This document shows positions 1 through 7,357 of a DNA stretch of 36,643 nt, piece after piece. A program made the translations under genes and the position numbers. The DNA comes from an uncultured Bacteroidales bacterium (GTDB taxonomy: Bacteria; Bacteroidota; Bacteroidia; Bacteroidales; JAUNSR01): NCBI GenBank assembly GCA_947074165.1, contig CAMTOT010000001.1:1-36643 (forward strand), given 5' to 3'. Each line of letters opens with the position of its first letter. Within the stretch, counting starts at the first letter, position 1. The notes under the pieces are model-generated. The model saw nothing but the letters and a program-made list of their open reading frames with translations, searched no databases and was not told the DNA's origin.

Positions 1-48
1 ACCCCCTGATTAACAGTCAGGTGCTCTAACCAACTGAGCTACTGAAGA
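1..48 (-). tRNA. tRNA-Asn (anticodon GTT), 5' part only; the 3' part lies beyond the left window edge
   Basis: The reverse complement of 1-48 reads TCTTCAG-TA-GCTC-AGTTGGTTA-GAGC-A-CCTGA-CTGTTAA-TCAGG-GGGT. This gives the acceptor 5' arm, U8/A9, D stem-loop, and anticodon stem-loop with GTT at positions 34-36. Confidence 0.85.
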
Positions 49-135
49 GTGTTTTTTGCTTTTAAGAATAACATTTTTTGTAGTTGTTTTCCTTAATTGC
101 ATTGCAAAAGTAATGCAGGTTTTCGAAATATGCAA

Positions 136-143
136 TATCTTTG
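136..143 (+). promoter_or_regulatory. Candidate Bacteroidota -7 promoter box (TATCTTTG, matches TAnnTTTG)
   Basis: Exact match to the TAnnTTTG -7 consensus described for Bacteroides promoters, 20 nt upstream of the ATG at 163. This is a motif match only. Confidence 0.4.
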
Positions 144-162
144 CAAAAAAAAATTTTCAAAA

Positions 163-1134
163 ATGAAGGTATTAGGAATCGGAAATGCGCTATGTGATAT
201 ATTAACAAATTTAGAGTCAGATAGTTGCTTTCATGAATTGGGGTTGATAAAAAGTGGGATGAAATTGATAGAAAAAGACGAATTATCTAAAATAGTATCA
301 TTTATTGAGGATAAAAACTCCAAATTAGCCAGTGGCGGGTCTGCTTCCAATACTATTTCTGGTCTTGCGAGGCTTGGTCTCGACTGTGGATTTATCGGAA
401 AAGTGGGTTTAGACAATTATGGAGCTTTCTATAAAGATGATCTTATCAAGAATGGAGTTCATCCGCATTTGCTCGAAGCGGATATGTCGTCAGGATGCGC
501 GATGTGTATGATTACCCCTGACGGGGAGCGCACAATGGGTACTTATCTTGGCGCGGCGTCGACGCTTCACGCGACTGATCTTAAACAGGAGATGTTTGAC
601 GGTTACGACTTGCTTCACATAGAAGGTTATCTTGTGCAGGATCACGAATTGATGCTTGAAGTTTGTAAGATGGCTAAAAAGGCAGGATTGAAGATGTCTA
701 TTGATATGGCAAGCTTTAATGTTGTCGCGTCAGACCATGACTTTTTCTCTATGCTTGTGACTGAATATATGGATATTGTTTTTGCCAACGAAGAGGAGTC
801 TTACGCTTATACTCACGCTGCGCCGGAAGCATCGGCCGCGATTATAGCAAAACAATGTGAAATAGCAGTGGTTAAGAAGGGTTCAAAAGGTTCTATAGTA
901 AGACGCGGAGATGAGATGGTTGAGGTACCGGCCTACAAAGCTAATTGTATAGATACTACAGGAGCCGGTGATCTTTACGCCGCTGGCTTTATATACGGAC
1001 TGTCAAAAAACTATCCTCTTGATAAATGCGCGGCTATAGGTTCTGTTGTTTCGGGTAATGTAGTAGAGGTGACAGGTCCAAAAATGGAAACTGAAAGATG
1101 GCATAAAATAGAGAAAGAGATAAAATCACTATAA
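163..1134 (+). CDS. PfkB-family carbohydrate/nucleoside kinase (adenosine-kinase-like)
   Basis: The N-terminus is MKVLGIGNALCDIL and the C-terminal motif is DTTGAGDLYAAGFIYGL (PfkB signature 2, anion hole). I prefer the ATG at 163 over the ORF-track start at 97, because 163 follows the -7 box and gives the canonical N-terminus. Confidence 0.85.
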   Translation: MKVLGIGNALCDILTNLESDSCFHELGLIKSGMKLIEKDELSKIVSFIEDKNSKLASGGSASNTISGLARLGLDCGFIGKVGLDNYGAFYKDDLIKNGVHPHLLEADMSSGCAMCMITPDGERTMGTYLGAASTLHATDLKQEMFDGYDLLHIEGYLVQDHELMLEVCKMAKKAGLKMSIDMASFNVVASDHDFFSMLVTEYMDIVFANEEESYAYTHAAPEASAAIIAKQCEIAVVKKGSKGSIVRRGDEMVEVPAYKANCIDTTGAGDLYAAGFIYGLSKNYPLDKCAAIGSVVSGNVVEVTGPKMETERWHKIEKEIKSL

Positions 1135-1140
1135 AAAAAT

Positions 1141-1206
1141 ATCATTCCGGAGTTAATAGCATACGTTTAGCGTAGTTTGGATTAGCTTCGGAATGATGCT
1201 TTTTTA
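1141..1206 (+). terminator. Probable rho-independent terminator (large-loop hairpin plus T-run)
   Basis: atcattccg (1141-1149) pairs with cggaatgat (1189-1197). It is followed by gcttttttat. The loop is unusually long (about 39 nt), so confidence is moderate. Confidence 0.45.
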
Positions 1207-1214
1207 TATATTTG
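1207..1214 (+). promoter_or_regulatory. Candidate -7 promoter box (TATATTTG)
   Basis: Matches TAnnTTTG, 44 nt upstream of the ATG at 1258. This would drive the first + strand transferase operon. Confidence 0.35.
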
Positions 1215-1257
1215 CCAATATTCTCACTTATGCAGTGAAAAAATAAAAACTATTGAG

Positions 1258-1974
1258 ATGAATTGTGTTCACATTATAACACCTGTAAAAGATTCTATTG
1301 AACTGACTCTACAAACGGCTAAGGCAATTATGGAGTCAGATATTAAGACTCCTTTTAAGTACACTATATACAATGATTTTAGCAGTGATAAAAATACGCT
1401 GATTCTTCAACAGGCTTCACAGGATATGGGTTTTGAGCTTGTTAATCTTGCTGATATTACCACTACTCCATCACCAAACTATTTGCTTGTGCTTCATGTA
1501 GCGCAAAAAAGAGCTATTGCCGAGAATGCGGGACTGCTTATTATCGAGTCGGACGTAATAGTGAAAAAGGATACTATACAATCTTTGATTGACGGTGCTG
1601 ATGAACGACCTGACTGCGGGTTTGCCGCTTCGGCGACGGTAGATGAGAATGGTGATCTTAACTATCCTTATCTGTTTGCTAAAGGTAAAGAAAACAGTGT
1701 GTTTGCTGAGACTAAACATTGTAGCTTTTGTTGTACCCTTTTGTCTCTTGATTTTCTTAAGTCTTTTGACTTTGAGCAGCTTGATCCTGCCAAAAACTGG
1801 CATGACGTGACAATATCACGTCAGTCACTGAAAAACGGATTTAAAAATTATGTATTTACCAACCTTCCGGTATGGCACAGACCACACGGAAGCAGACCAT
1901 GGAAGCAATTGAAATATAAGAATCCAATCAAATATTATTGGTATAAGCTTACCAAAGGATTGGATAAAATTTGA
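1258..1974 (+). CDS. Putative GT-A-fold glycosyltransferase (GT2-like, small)
   Basis: The N-terminal HIITPVKDS segment resembles the GT2 IIPxYN strand. LLIIESDVIV could serve as a DxD-like acidic motif. The gene lies at the head of a transferase operon. The match is weaker than for the other GTs. Confidence 0.55.
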   Translation: MNCVHIITPVKDSIELTLQTAKAIMESDIKTPFKYTIYNDFSSDKNTLILQQASQDMGFELVNLADITTTPSPNYLLVLHVAQKRAIAENAGLLIIESDVIVKKDTIQSLIDGADERPDCGFAASATVDENGDLNYPYLFAKGKENSVFAETKHCSFCCTLLSLDFLKSFDFEQLDPAKNWHDVTISRQSLKNGFKNYVFTNLPVWHRPHGSRPWKQLKYKNPIKYYWYKLTKGLDKI

Positions 1975-1984
1975 TTATTAATAT

Positions 1985-3454
1985 ATGAGAGAAGTTTTAG
2001 TTTCAGTTATTATACCAATTTTCAATATGGAAGACTACCTCGAAGATACTGTTAACTCAGTTCTTTCATCGGAGTATAAAAATATTGAAATTATATTGAT
2101 TGATGATGGTTCGACTGATAATTCATTAAAAATAGCCCAGTCTCTAAAAGCTAAATATTCAAATATTGAGTTATACACCCAAGCAAATAGCGGAGTTGTA
2201 AAAGCCCGCAATAGTGCTATTGCTAAGGCAAGAGGTAAATATATCTATCCTCTTGATTCTGATGATATTCTTCATCCGGCTTTTCTGACCAGCGCGGTAG
2301 AGGTATTAGAGGCAAGGCCGGAAGTTAAGGTTGTTTGTTCAGAAGATGAATTTATAGGAGAACGTACAGGGAGATGGAATCTACCTGATTTTTCACGTTC
2401 TCTTCTGGCTAGAAAAAATATGATAGCTGTCAGTGCTTTATACAGAAAAGCAGACTGGATAGAAGTGGGCGGATATAATGAGCAGATTACCGCTACCGAA
2501 GACTGGGCGTTTTGGATATCTCTACTTAAAGATGACGGTGAGGTAGTAAGACTCCCCCAGGTTGGCATATATTATAGAATAAGAAAAGGGTCAAAACGTA
2601 TTACCGACAGAAAAAATAAAAAACAGGTTATTGATACATTAAATACTCTTTATCCTGATTTTTTTGAAAGAGAGCTTAACGGCCCTCTTCGTTATAGCCG
2701 TACATGGTCTAAGGCTATAAATACTTTTTCTAAAGTCTTATCTCCAAAAAAAGTCTTTGTTAATAAGCAATACAGTAATTTATGTCATTTTGCTAAATCT
2801 CTTCCTGAGGATTTTGATAAAAGTGGTAGCATAATATATAAAGGGCGAAACGAACTTCGTGAGTATGAGATTGATAATAAAAAATATATTGTAAAATCGT
2901 ATTGTCTGCCTCATCTTCTGAATCGTTTTATTTATCGTTTTTTCAGAGCTACTAAAGCTGAGAGGTCGTATAAATATGCCGGACTGTTGAGGTCAATAGG
3001 AATAAACTCACCTATGCCTGTCGGGTATAGTATTACGGGCTCTTCCATGCTGCTTGGGAAAAGTTACTTCATAAGTCTTAAATCAGAGACCGATTATAAT
3101 TTCAGATCGTTGCTTGATGATAGTTTTCCGGGGCGTGACATGATATTAAAAGAGATAGCTAAGATAACGGCGAGAATGCACAATAATAATATTATACATA
3201 AAGATTATTCTCCCGGCAATATATTGTTTGGCATTACAGATACCGGTGTAAATATAGAGATAATAGACCTGAACAGAATGAGATTCGGGCATGTAGATAT
3301 GAAAGCGGGATGTGTTAATTTTGACAGACTTCCCGGTACAGAAAAGATGTTTAAGATTATGGCTTACGAATACGCGAGTTTGAGAGGGTTTGATCCTGAA
3401 CAGTGCTATGAGCTGATAATTAAATATAATAAGGAGCTAAATGAAACTAATTAA
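1985..3454 (+). CDS. Bifunctional fusion: N-terminal family-2 glycosyltransferase plus C-terminal lipopolysaccharide kinase (Kdo/WaaP family) domain
   Basis: The GT2 part (about aa 1-230) has VSVIIPIFNMEDYLEDTVNSVL, LIDDGSTDNS and PLDSDD. The C-terminal part (about aa 270-480) has YKGRNELREY...YIVKSY, then HKDYSPGNILF and IIDLNRMRF. These resemble the HxD..N catalytic loop and the IDxxR metal-binding motif of Kdo/WaaP-type kinases. Confidence 0.8.
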   Translation: MREVLVSVIIPIFNMEDYLEDTVNSVLSSEYKNIEIILIDDGSTDNSLKIAQSLKAKYSNIELYTQANSGVVKARNSAIAKARGKYIYPLDSDDILHPAFLTSAVEVLEARPEVKVVCSEDEFIGERTGRWNLPDFSRSLLARKNMIAVSALYRKADWIEVGGYNEQITATEDWAFWISLLKDDGEVVRLPQVGIYYRIRKGSKRITDRKNKKQVIDTLNTLYPDFFERELNGPLRYSRTWSKAINTFSKVLSPKKVFVNKQYSNLCHFAKSLPEDFDKSGSIIYKGRNELREYEIDNKKYIVKSYCLPHLLNRFIYRFFRATKAERSYKYAGLLRSIGINSPMPVGYSITGSSMLLGKSYFISLKSETDYNFRSLLDDSFPGRDMILKEIAKITARMHNNNIIHKDYSPGNILFGITDTGVNIEIIDLNRMRFGHVDMKAGCVNFDRLPGTEKMFKIMAYEYASLRGFDPEQCYELIIKYNKELNETN

Positions 3455-4283
3455 AATGACAGGTGGCCTGGGTAACCAGATGTTTATATATGCGCTTTAT
3501 TTACGTTTAAAAGATGTATATGATGATATAAATATAGATCTATCTGACATGCGTCATTATAATGCGCACAATGGATATGAGATGCACCGAGTGTTTTCCT
3601 TGCCGAAAACTGAATTTTGTATAAACAGATCACTTAAGAAAGTACTGGAGTTTTTATTCTTTAAGAAAGTATATGAGAAAAAGCAAAAAGGCTCAATGTA
3701 TGCTTATGGTAGAAGATATTTATGGCCGCTTGTATATTTTAAAGGATTTTATCAGTCAGAATCTTATTTTGAGTGTGTGTCAGATAAGATATTTGACGCA
3801 TTTACTTTTAATACCGATATTGCTAATGAGAAAACACTGGATATGATGAAGGAGATTGAATCAGATACTGATTCTGTATCAATACACATTAGGCGAGGAG
3901 ATTATCTTAAACCGGAATTTTGGGAGAATGCCGGATCTGTTTGTCAGTTGCCTTATTATGAAAATGCTATTGCCGAGATTAAGAAACATATAGAGAATCC
4001 GTCTTTTTATGTTTTCTCCGATGATATAGAATGGGTAAAGAATAACCTTAAACTAGAAAAAGCAGTCTATATGGATTGGAATAAAAAGGATGATAGTTGG
4101 CAAGATATGATGCTTATGAGCAAATCAAAGCACAATATAATATGTAATAGTACTTTTAGTTGGTGGGGTGCTTATCTGAACAGAAATAAGGATAAAATAG
4201 TTGTAATGCCTGAAAGATGGTTTAGAAATAGTGCCACCCCCTACATATATCCTAGGGGATGGCTAAAAGTCTGTATAGATTAA
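3441..4283 (+). CDS. Alpha-1,2-fucosyltransferase (GT11 family)
   Basis: MKLIKMTGGLGNQMFIYALY and HIRRGDY are hallmark GT11 motifs. There is also FSDD...W and a C-terminal STFSWWGAYL. The start overlaps the upstream gene by 14 nt, which suggests translational coupling. Confidence 0.85.
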   Translation: MKLIKMTGGLGNQMFIYALYLRLKDVYDDINIDLSDMRHYNAHNGYEMHRVFSLPKTEFCINRSLKKVLEFLFFKKVYEKKQKGSMYAYGRRYLWPLVYFKGFYQSESYFECVSDKIFDAFTFNTDIANEKTLDMMKEIESDTDSVSIHIRRGDYLKPEFWENAGSVCQLPYYENAIAEIKKHIENPSFYVFSDDIEWVKNNLKLEKAVYMDWNKKDDSWQDMMLMSKSKHNIICNSTFSWWGAYLNRNKDKIVVMPERWFRNSATPYIYPRGWLKVCID

Positions 4284-5164
4284 ATCTTGTTCTCGGGAAA
4301 CTTATTATGTATGAGATTGACTATTTCTATATCCTCTGAGCTGAATTTTCTTGCGAAAAGTTTAGGGGAGTTTAATAGTTCACTCGCATCACTGTTTTTC
4401 CAGTTATACGGTGTGCCACGTTCCCAGTCGATGGCTCTTATTGATTTATTGTCTCCCGGCAACGAGTAAATATTTTCTTTGAGTGATGAGTTCCATAAAA
4501 TAGTCTGTATGAATATCTCATCGGGCGCAAGAGTAAACCTCAGGGTTTTTAATATCCTTGTTTTATTTTCGAGAATAATACGGCAAAGATCATTTGTAAT
4601 GCTTACCCAGTTTGAGCCTTTACAAAGCTCAAGTTTGTGACTTCTTTTGTAGAATATAGCCTTTTGAAACATTAAAAAGACGTTTCTGAACAAAGATGCG
4701 TATGCATGTGTGAAGCGACCTCCACTTTTAGTCTTTTCTGTAAAAATGAAATATCTTGAAGTACGTTTTTTTAAGCTTCTTATATGTTCTCTGCTTGTCC
4801 AGAAATCAACATACTCTTTTCCCTGGTTTTTGTTGAAAAATTCATGAATAAAGTCTTGTGATTTAATAGGGAGGTCAACTCCCGACATTAAGTGATAGTA
4901 AGCGTATTTGCCATTGTTATAAGCGGCTTCAAATAGAAGTATTTCAACCTTTACTAGGCTTATATCTCCCCAATAAGTTTTAATCGGATCAATAAAAAAC
5001 AGATTAGCCTTTGATAGTTTAAGTGTTTTAATATCGTTCGGCACATTTTTGGCTTTCTTGTCAATGTGCAGATATATATCATTCCGCTCATCATCGAGCA
5101 TTGATAATAATGTTTTTAAAATAGTAAACTCGTTATGAGCAATTATTAAGAATGCATGTTTCAT
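4280..5164 (-). CDS. GT14-like (core-2/I-branching enzyme family) beta-1,6-N-acetylglucosaminyltransferase-like glycosyltransferase
   Basis: The N-terminus MKHAFLIIAHNEFTILKTLLSMLDDERNDIYLHIDKKA is typical of bacterial Branch-family proteins. So are the downstream SGVDLP and GSNWVSIT segments. Confidence 0.8.
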   Translation of the reverse strand: MKHAFLIIAHNEFTILKTLLSMLDDERNDIYLHIDKKAKNVPNDIKTLKLSKANLFFIDPIKTYWGDISLVKVEILLFEAAYNNGKYAYYHLMSGVDLPIKSQDFIHEFFNKNQGKEYVDFWTSREHIRSLKKRTSRYFIFTEKTKSGGRFTHAYASLFRNVFLMFQKAIFYKRSHKLELCKGSNWVSITNDLCRIILENKTRILKTLRFTLAPDEIFIQTILWNSSLKENIYSLPGDNKSIRAIDWERGTPYNWKNSDASELLNSPKLFARKFSSEDIEIVNLIHNKFPENKI

Positions 5165-6078
5165 AAACCTTTTTTTAATATATTAAACAGGCTTGTTATA
5201 GTTTTATCGGTTGTTATAAATCCGTTTTCTTGAAGAGTCTGGAAATGTTTTTTACCAATCACCCTGTTGTATTCTTTCTCAAGAACTCCTTTTTTATAAA
5301 GGTCATAAAAATATCTCCAATGGCGACCTCCATGTTTTTTAGGATTTTTTTCGAGCTGTTCACCTCCGTTTATCATCTTTGACATAAACTGGCTTTTCCC
5401 TTTTACAGAGTAATGATATATGAGAATTTTACTTTTTTCAATATTTTGCGGGATCATCTTTACTTTGTGATTACCCATTGAAATTTGCAAATAACCATCA
5501 GTGCGATGTATAACTTTTCCTCGCTGTTTATTAAATACAGAATATGGAGAAAGGTCATATATTGACGGGTTATCAACAGGATGAATTATTTTATCCCATT
5601 CAGTAAATGGCTTATCTTCTTCAGGATAAACATTGGCTATGTCGCATATAAGAACATTCGCATTAGTGTCTGTCAATTCATCTTTTAAAGAGCCCGATGG
5701 TGCATACCACAGCTCATCGGCATCCGCGTTTATAATCCAATCAGCACCGAACTTTATTTTTGCCAGCCATATCATCCTATCTACCCATACTTTTTGTTTA
5801 TAGTCATCACCCCTCTCTGTAATCACTTCTTTTATCCATCCTAATGTGCGATATTTTTCTATTATATCAGGTGTCGAATCGCTAGAGTTGTTGTCTGTAA
5901 TAATAAAACCGTCTACCCCCATATGTTTATGAAAAATAATGTTTTGCTCAAGGATGTCTGCTTCATTCTTGACTAAAAGAGTCATAAATAGTTTGGGATT
6001 TGGTGTGGGCTTGAATGATTTGGGTAGATTGCACAATGCGAATAATAATTTATTAGATATCGATGATTGTCTGTACAT
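5161..6078 (-). CDS. Glycosyltransferase, GT2-like (Glyco_tranf_2_4 / GT-A type)
   Basis: LLVKNEADILEQNIIFHKHMGVDGFIITDNNSSDSTPDII and INADADE (DxD) fit this family. A 4-nt overlap with the downstream GT14 gene indicates an operon. An alternative start at the internal Met (MTLLVKNE, about 5985) is possible. Confidence 0.7.
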   Translation of the reverse strand: MYRQSSISNKLLFALCNLPKSFKPTPNPKLFMTLLVKNEADILEQNIIFHKHMGVDGFIITDNNSSDSTPDIIEKYRTLGWIKEVITERGDDYKQKVWVDRMIWLAKIKFGADWIINADADELWYAPSGSLKDELTDTNANVLICDIANVYPEEDKPFTEWDKIIHPVDNPSIYDLSPYSVFNKQRGKVIHRTDGYLQISMGNHKVKMIPQNIEKSKILIYHYSVKGKSQFMSKMINGGEQLEKNPKKHGGRHWRYFYDLYKKGVLEKEYNRVIGKKHFQTLQENGFITTDKTITSLFNILKKGL

Positions 6079-6160
6079 GTCAGTCTTTTAAGCTGTTGTA
6101 ATAAACTAAGATCTTTATGCTTGTAGTAGCAACAGGTCTTGTTGATATATTTAGATTTTG

Positions 6161-6168
6161 CAAATATA
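6161..6168 (-). promoter_or_regulatory. Candidate -7 box on the minus strand (TATATTTG)
   Basis: The + strand caaatata is the reverse complement of TATATTTG. It lies 83 nt upstream of the minus-strand start at 6078. Confidence 0.3.
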
Positions 6169-6297
6169 GATATAAAATGAGAAATAAGTCAATATTATTT
6201 CAGCCCCATTGTAAGCAAAACTATATAGAGTTATATACAATTAACTTATTCTATACATTAATTAAAGCTATATATGGGTATAAAGCATGTAAATTGT

Positions 6298-6305
6298 TAA
6301 TTTTG
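6298..6305 (+). promoter_or_regulatory. Candidate -7 box (TAATTTTG)
   Basis: Matches TAnnTTTG, 35 nt upstream of the ATG at 6340. Confidence 0.4.
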
Positions 6306-6339
6306 TTGTATCTATATATTAACAGATTAATAATGAGAT

Positions 6340-7323
6340 ATGGTAAATAACCAATCTATAGCACATAATCCGCTCATATCGGTAATTATGCCGATATACA
6401 ATTCAGAAAAGTTTCTTGACCGTACAATAGAGGGATTGATAAATCAAAAATTTAATGATTTTGAGCTGATACTTGTCGATGACGGTTCCAAAGACTTGTC
6501 TCTTTCTATATGTAAGAAGTATGAGAAGCAGGATGTCCGTATAAAAGTGATTACTAAAGATAATGGAGGGGCTTCGTCTGCAAGAAATATCGGGATAACT
6601 GCCGCTTCCGGGAAATATATCTGTTTTATGGATAGCGATGATATCGTAAAAGATAGTTATCTCTACAATTTAATCTCTATTATAGATGATTGCGATATCG
6701 CGATGTCGCATACGATAGTTGTGAAAAAAGGAAAGGAATATGTGGCGCCCCATAAGTATGAAAAGGGGAATATTGATATATTGTTTAATCCTTATAATAT
6801 AGAATCAACTTATTCGCCGTATAATAAGCTTTTTAGAGCGGATATTGTAAAACGTGAAAATATCTGTTTTGATGAGAGAATGCACGTTGGTGAGGATAGA
6901 GTTTTTGTATATACATATCTTTTATATTCGTCGGGTGCTGTAGTATCGTCTGAGTCTGATTATTATTATGTGTTAAGAGACGGATCACTGATGTCTAAAT
7001 ATTATGATGCTGAAACAGAGCTTTACGCGTATCATGTATATTGCGGAGTTGTAAAAACATTAGTTGATAAGTTGCAGAGTGATGAAGCAAAGGTAAATCT
7101 GGAAAATACAATTAAGTACTTTTGCTACAGGTTTCTGAAAGCGCTGTATAGATCGGGCAAATCAAAGCGGGCGCAAAGATTGTCTGTTTTGTCAAACCTT
7201 GATATGGATATATATCTGAGACAGACAAATGACGTGTCGGGTATACACAGATTATATAAAATGTTGCTGAAGCGCAGGATGTATAAGACCTACGACTTTA
7301 TGAAGTCTGTAGATATTCTTTAA
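6340..7323 (+). CDS. Family-2 glycosyltransferase
   Basis: ISVIMPIYNSEKFLDRTIEGLINQ, ILVDDGSKD and FMDSDD form the classic GT2 motif set. Confidence 0.9.
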   Translation: MVNNQSIAHNPLISVIMPIYNSEKFLDRTIEGLINQKFNDFELILVDDGSKDLSLSICKKYEKQDVRIKVITKDNGGASSARNIGITAASGKYICFMDSDDIVKDSYLYNLISIIDDCDIAMSHTIVVKKGKEYVAPHKYEKGNIDILFNPYNIESTYSPYNKLFRADIVKRENICFDERMHVGEDRVFVYTYLLYSSGAVVSSESDYYYVLRDGSLMSKYYDAETELYAYHVYCGVVKTLVDKLQSDEAKVNLENTIKYFCYRFLKALYRSGKSKRAQRLSVLSNLDMDIYLRQTNDVSGIHRLYKMLLKRRMYKTYDFMKSVDIL

Positions 7324-7357
7324 AAAAAATAAAAGCTTTTATTTTGAATATAGTTAT

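Noticed and set aside
145-153. A9 tract between the -7 box and the start codon of the PfkB kinase gene as a phase-variation switch
   Set aside because: It lies in an untranslated leader of a housekeeping-type gene in an AT-rich genome. Length change there would not shift a reading frame, and there is no supporting evidence.
97-162. Upstream extension of the PfkB kinase ORF (start at 97), and similarly the TTG start at 21515 for the GH3 gene and the start at 17604 for purN
   Set aside because: The extensions run through the candidate promoter boxes. They add non-conserved residues ahead of canonical family N-termini, so I prefer the internal ATG starts.
6079-6339. An invertible (phase-variable) promoter between divergent transferase operons; the same idea applies to 12625-12905
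   Set aside because: I found only short AT-rich inverted repeats: 9 bp (atatagata / tatctatat) at 6164/6311, and tgaataaat / atttattca near 12632-12666. There is no nearby site-specific recombinase. This is consistent with chance in AT-rich DNA.
6117-6350. 77-aa ORF in the AT-rich divergent intergenic region
   Set aside because: It covers the region that should hold two divergent promoters. Its composition is Tyr/Ile/Lys/Leu-rich, as expected by chance in AT-rich DNA, and there is no supporting signal.
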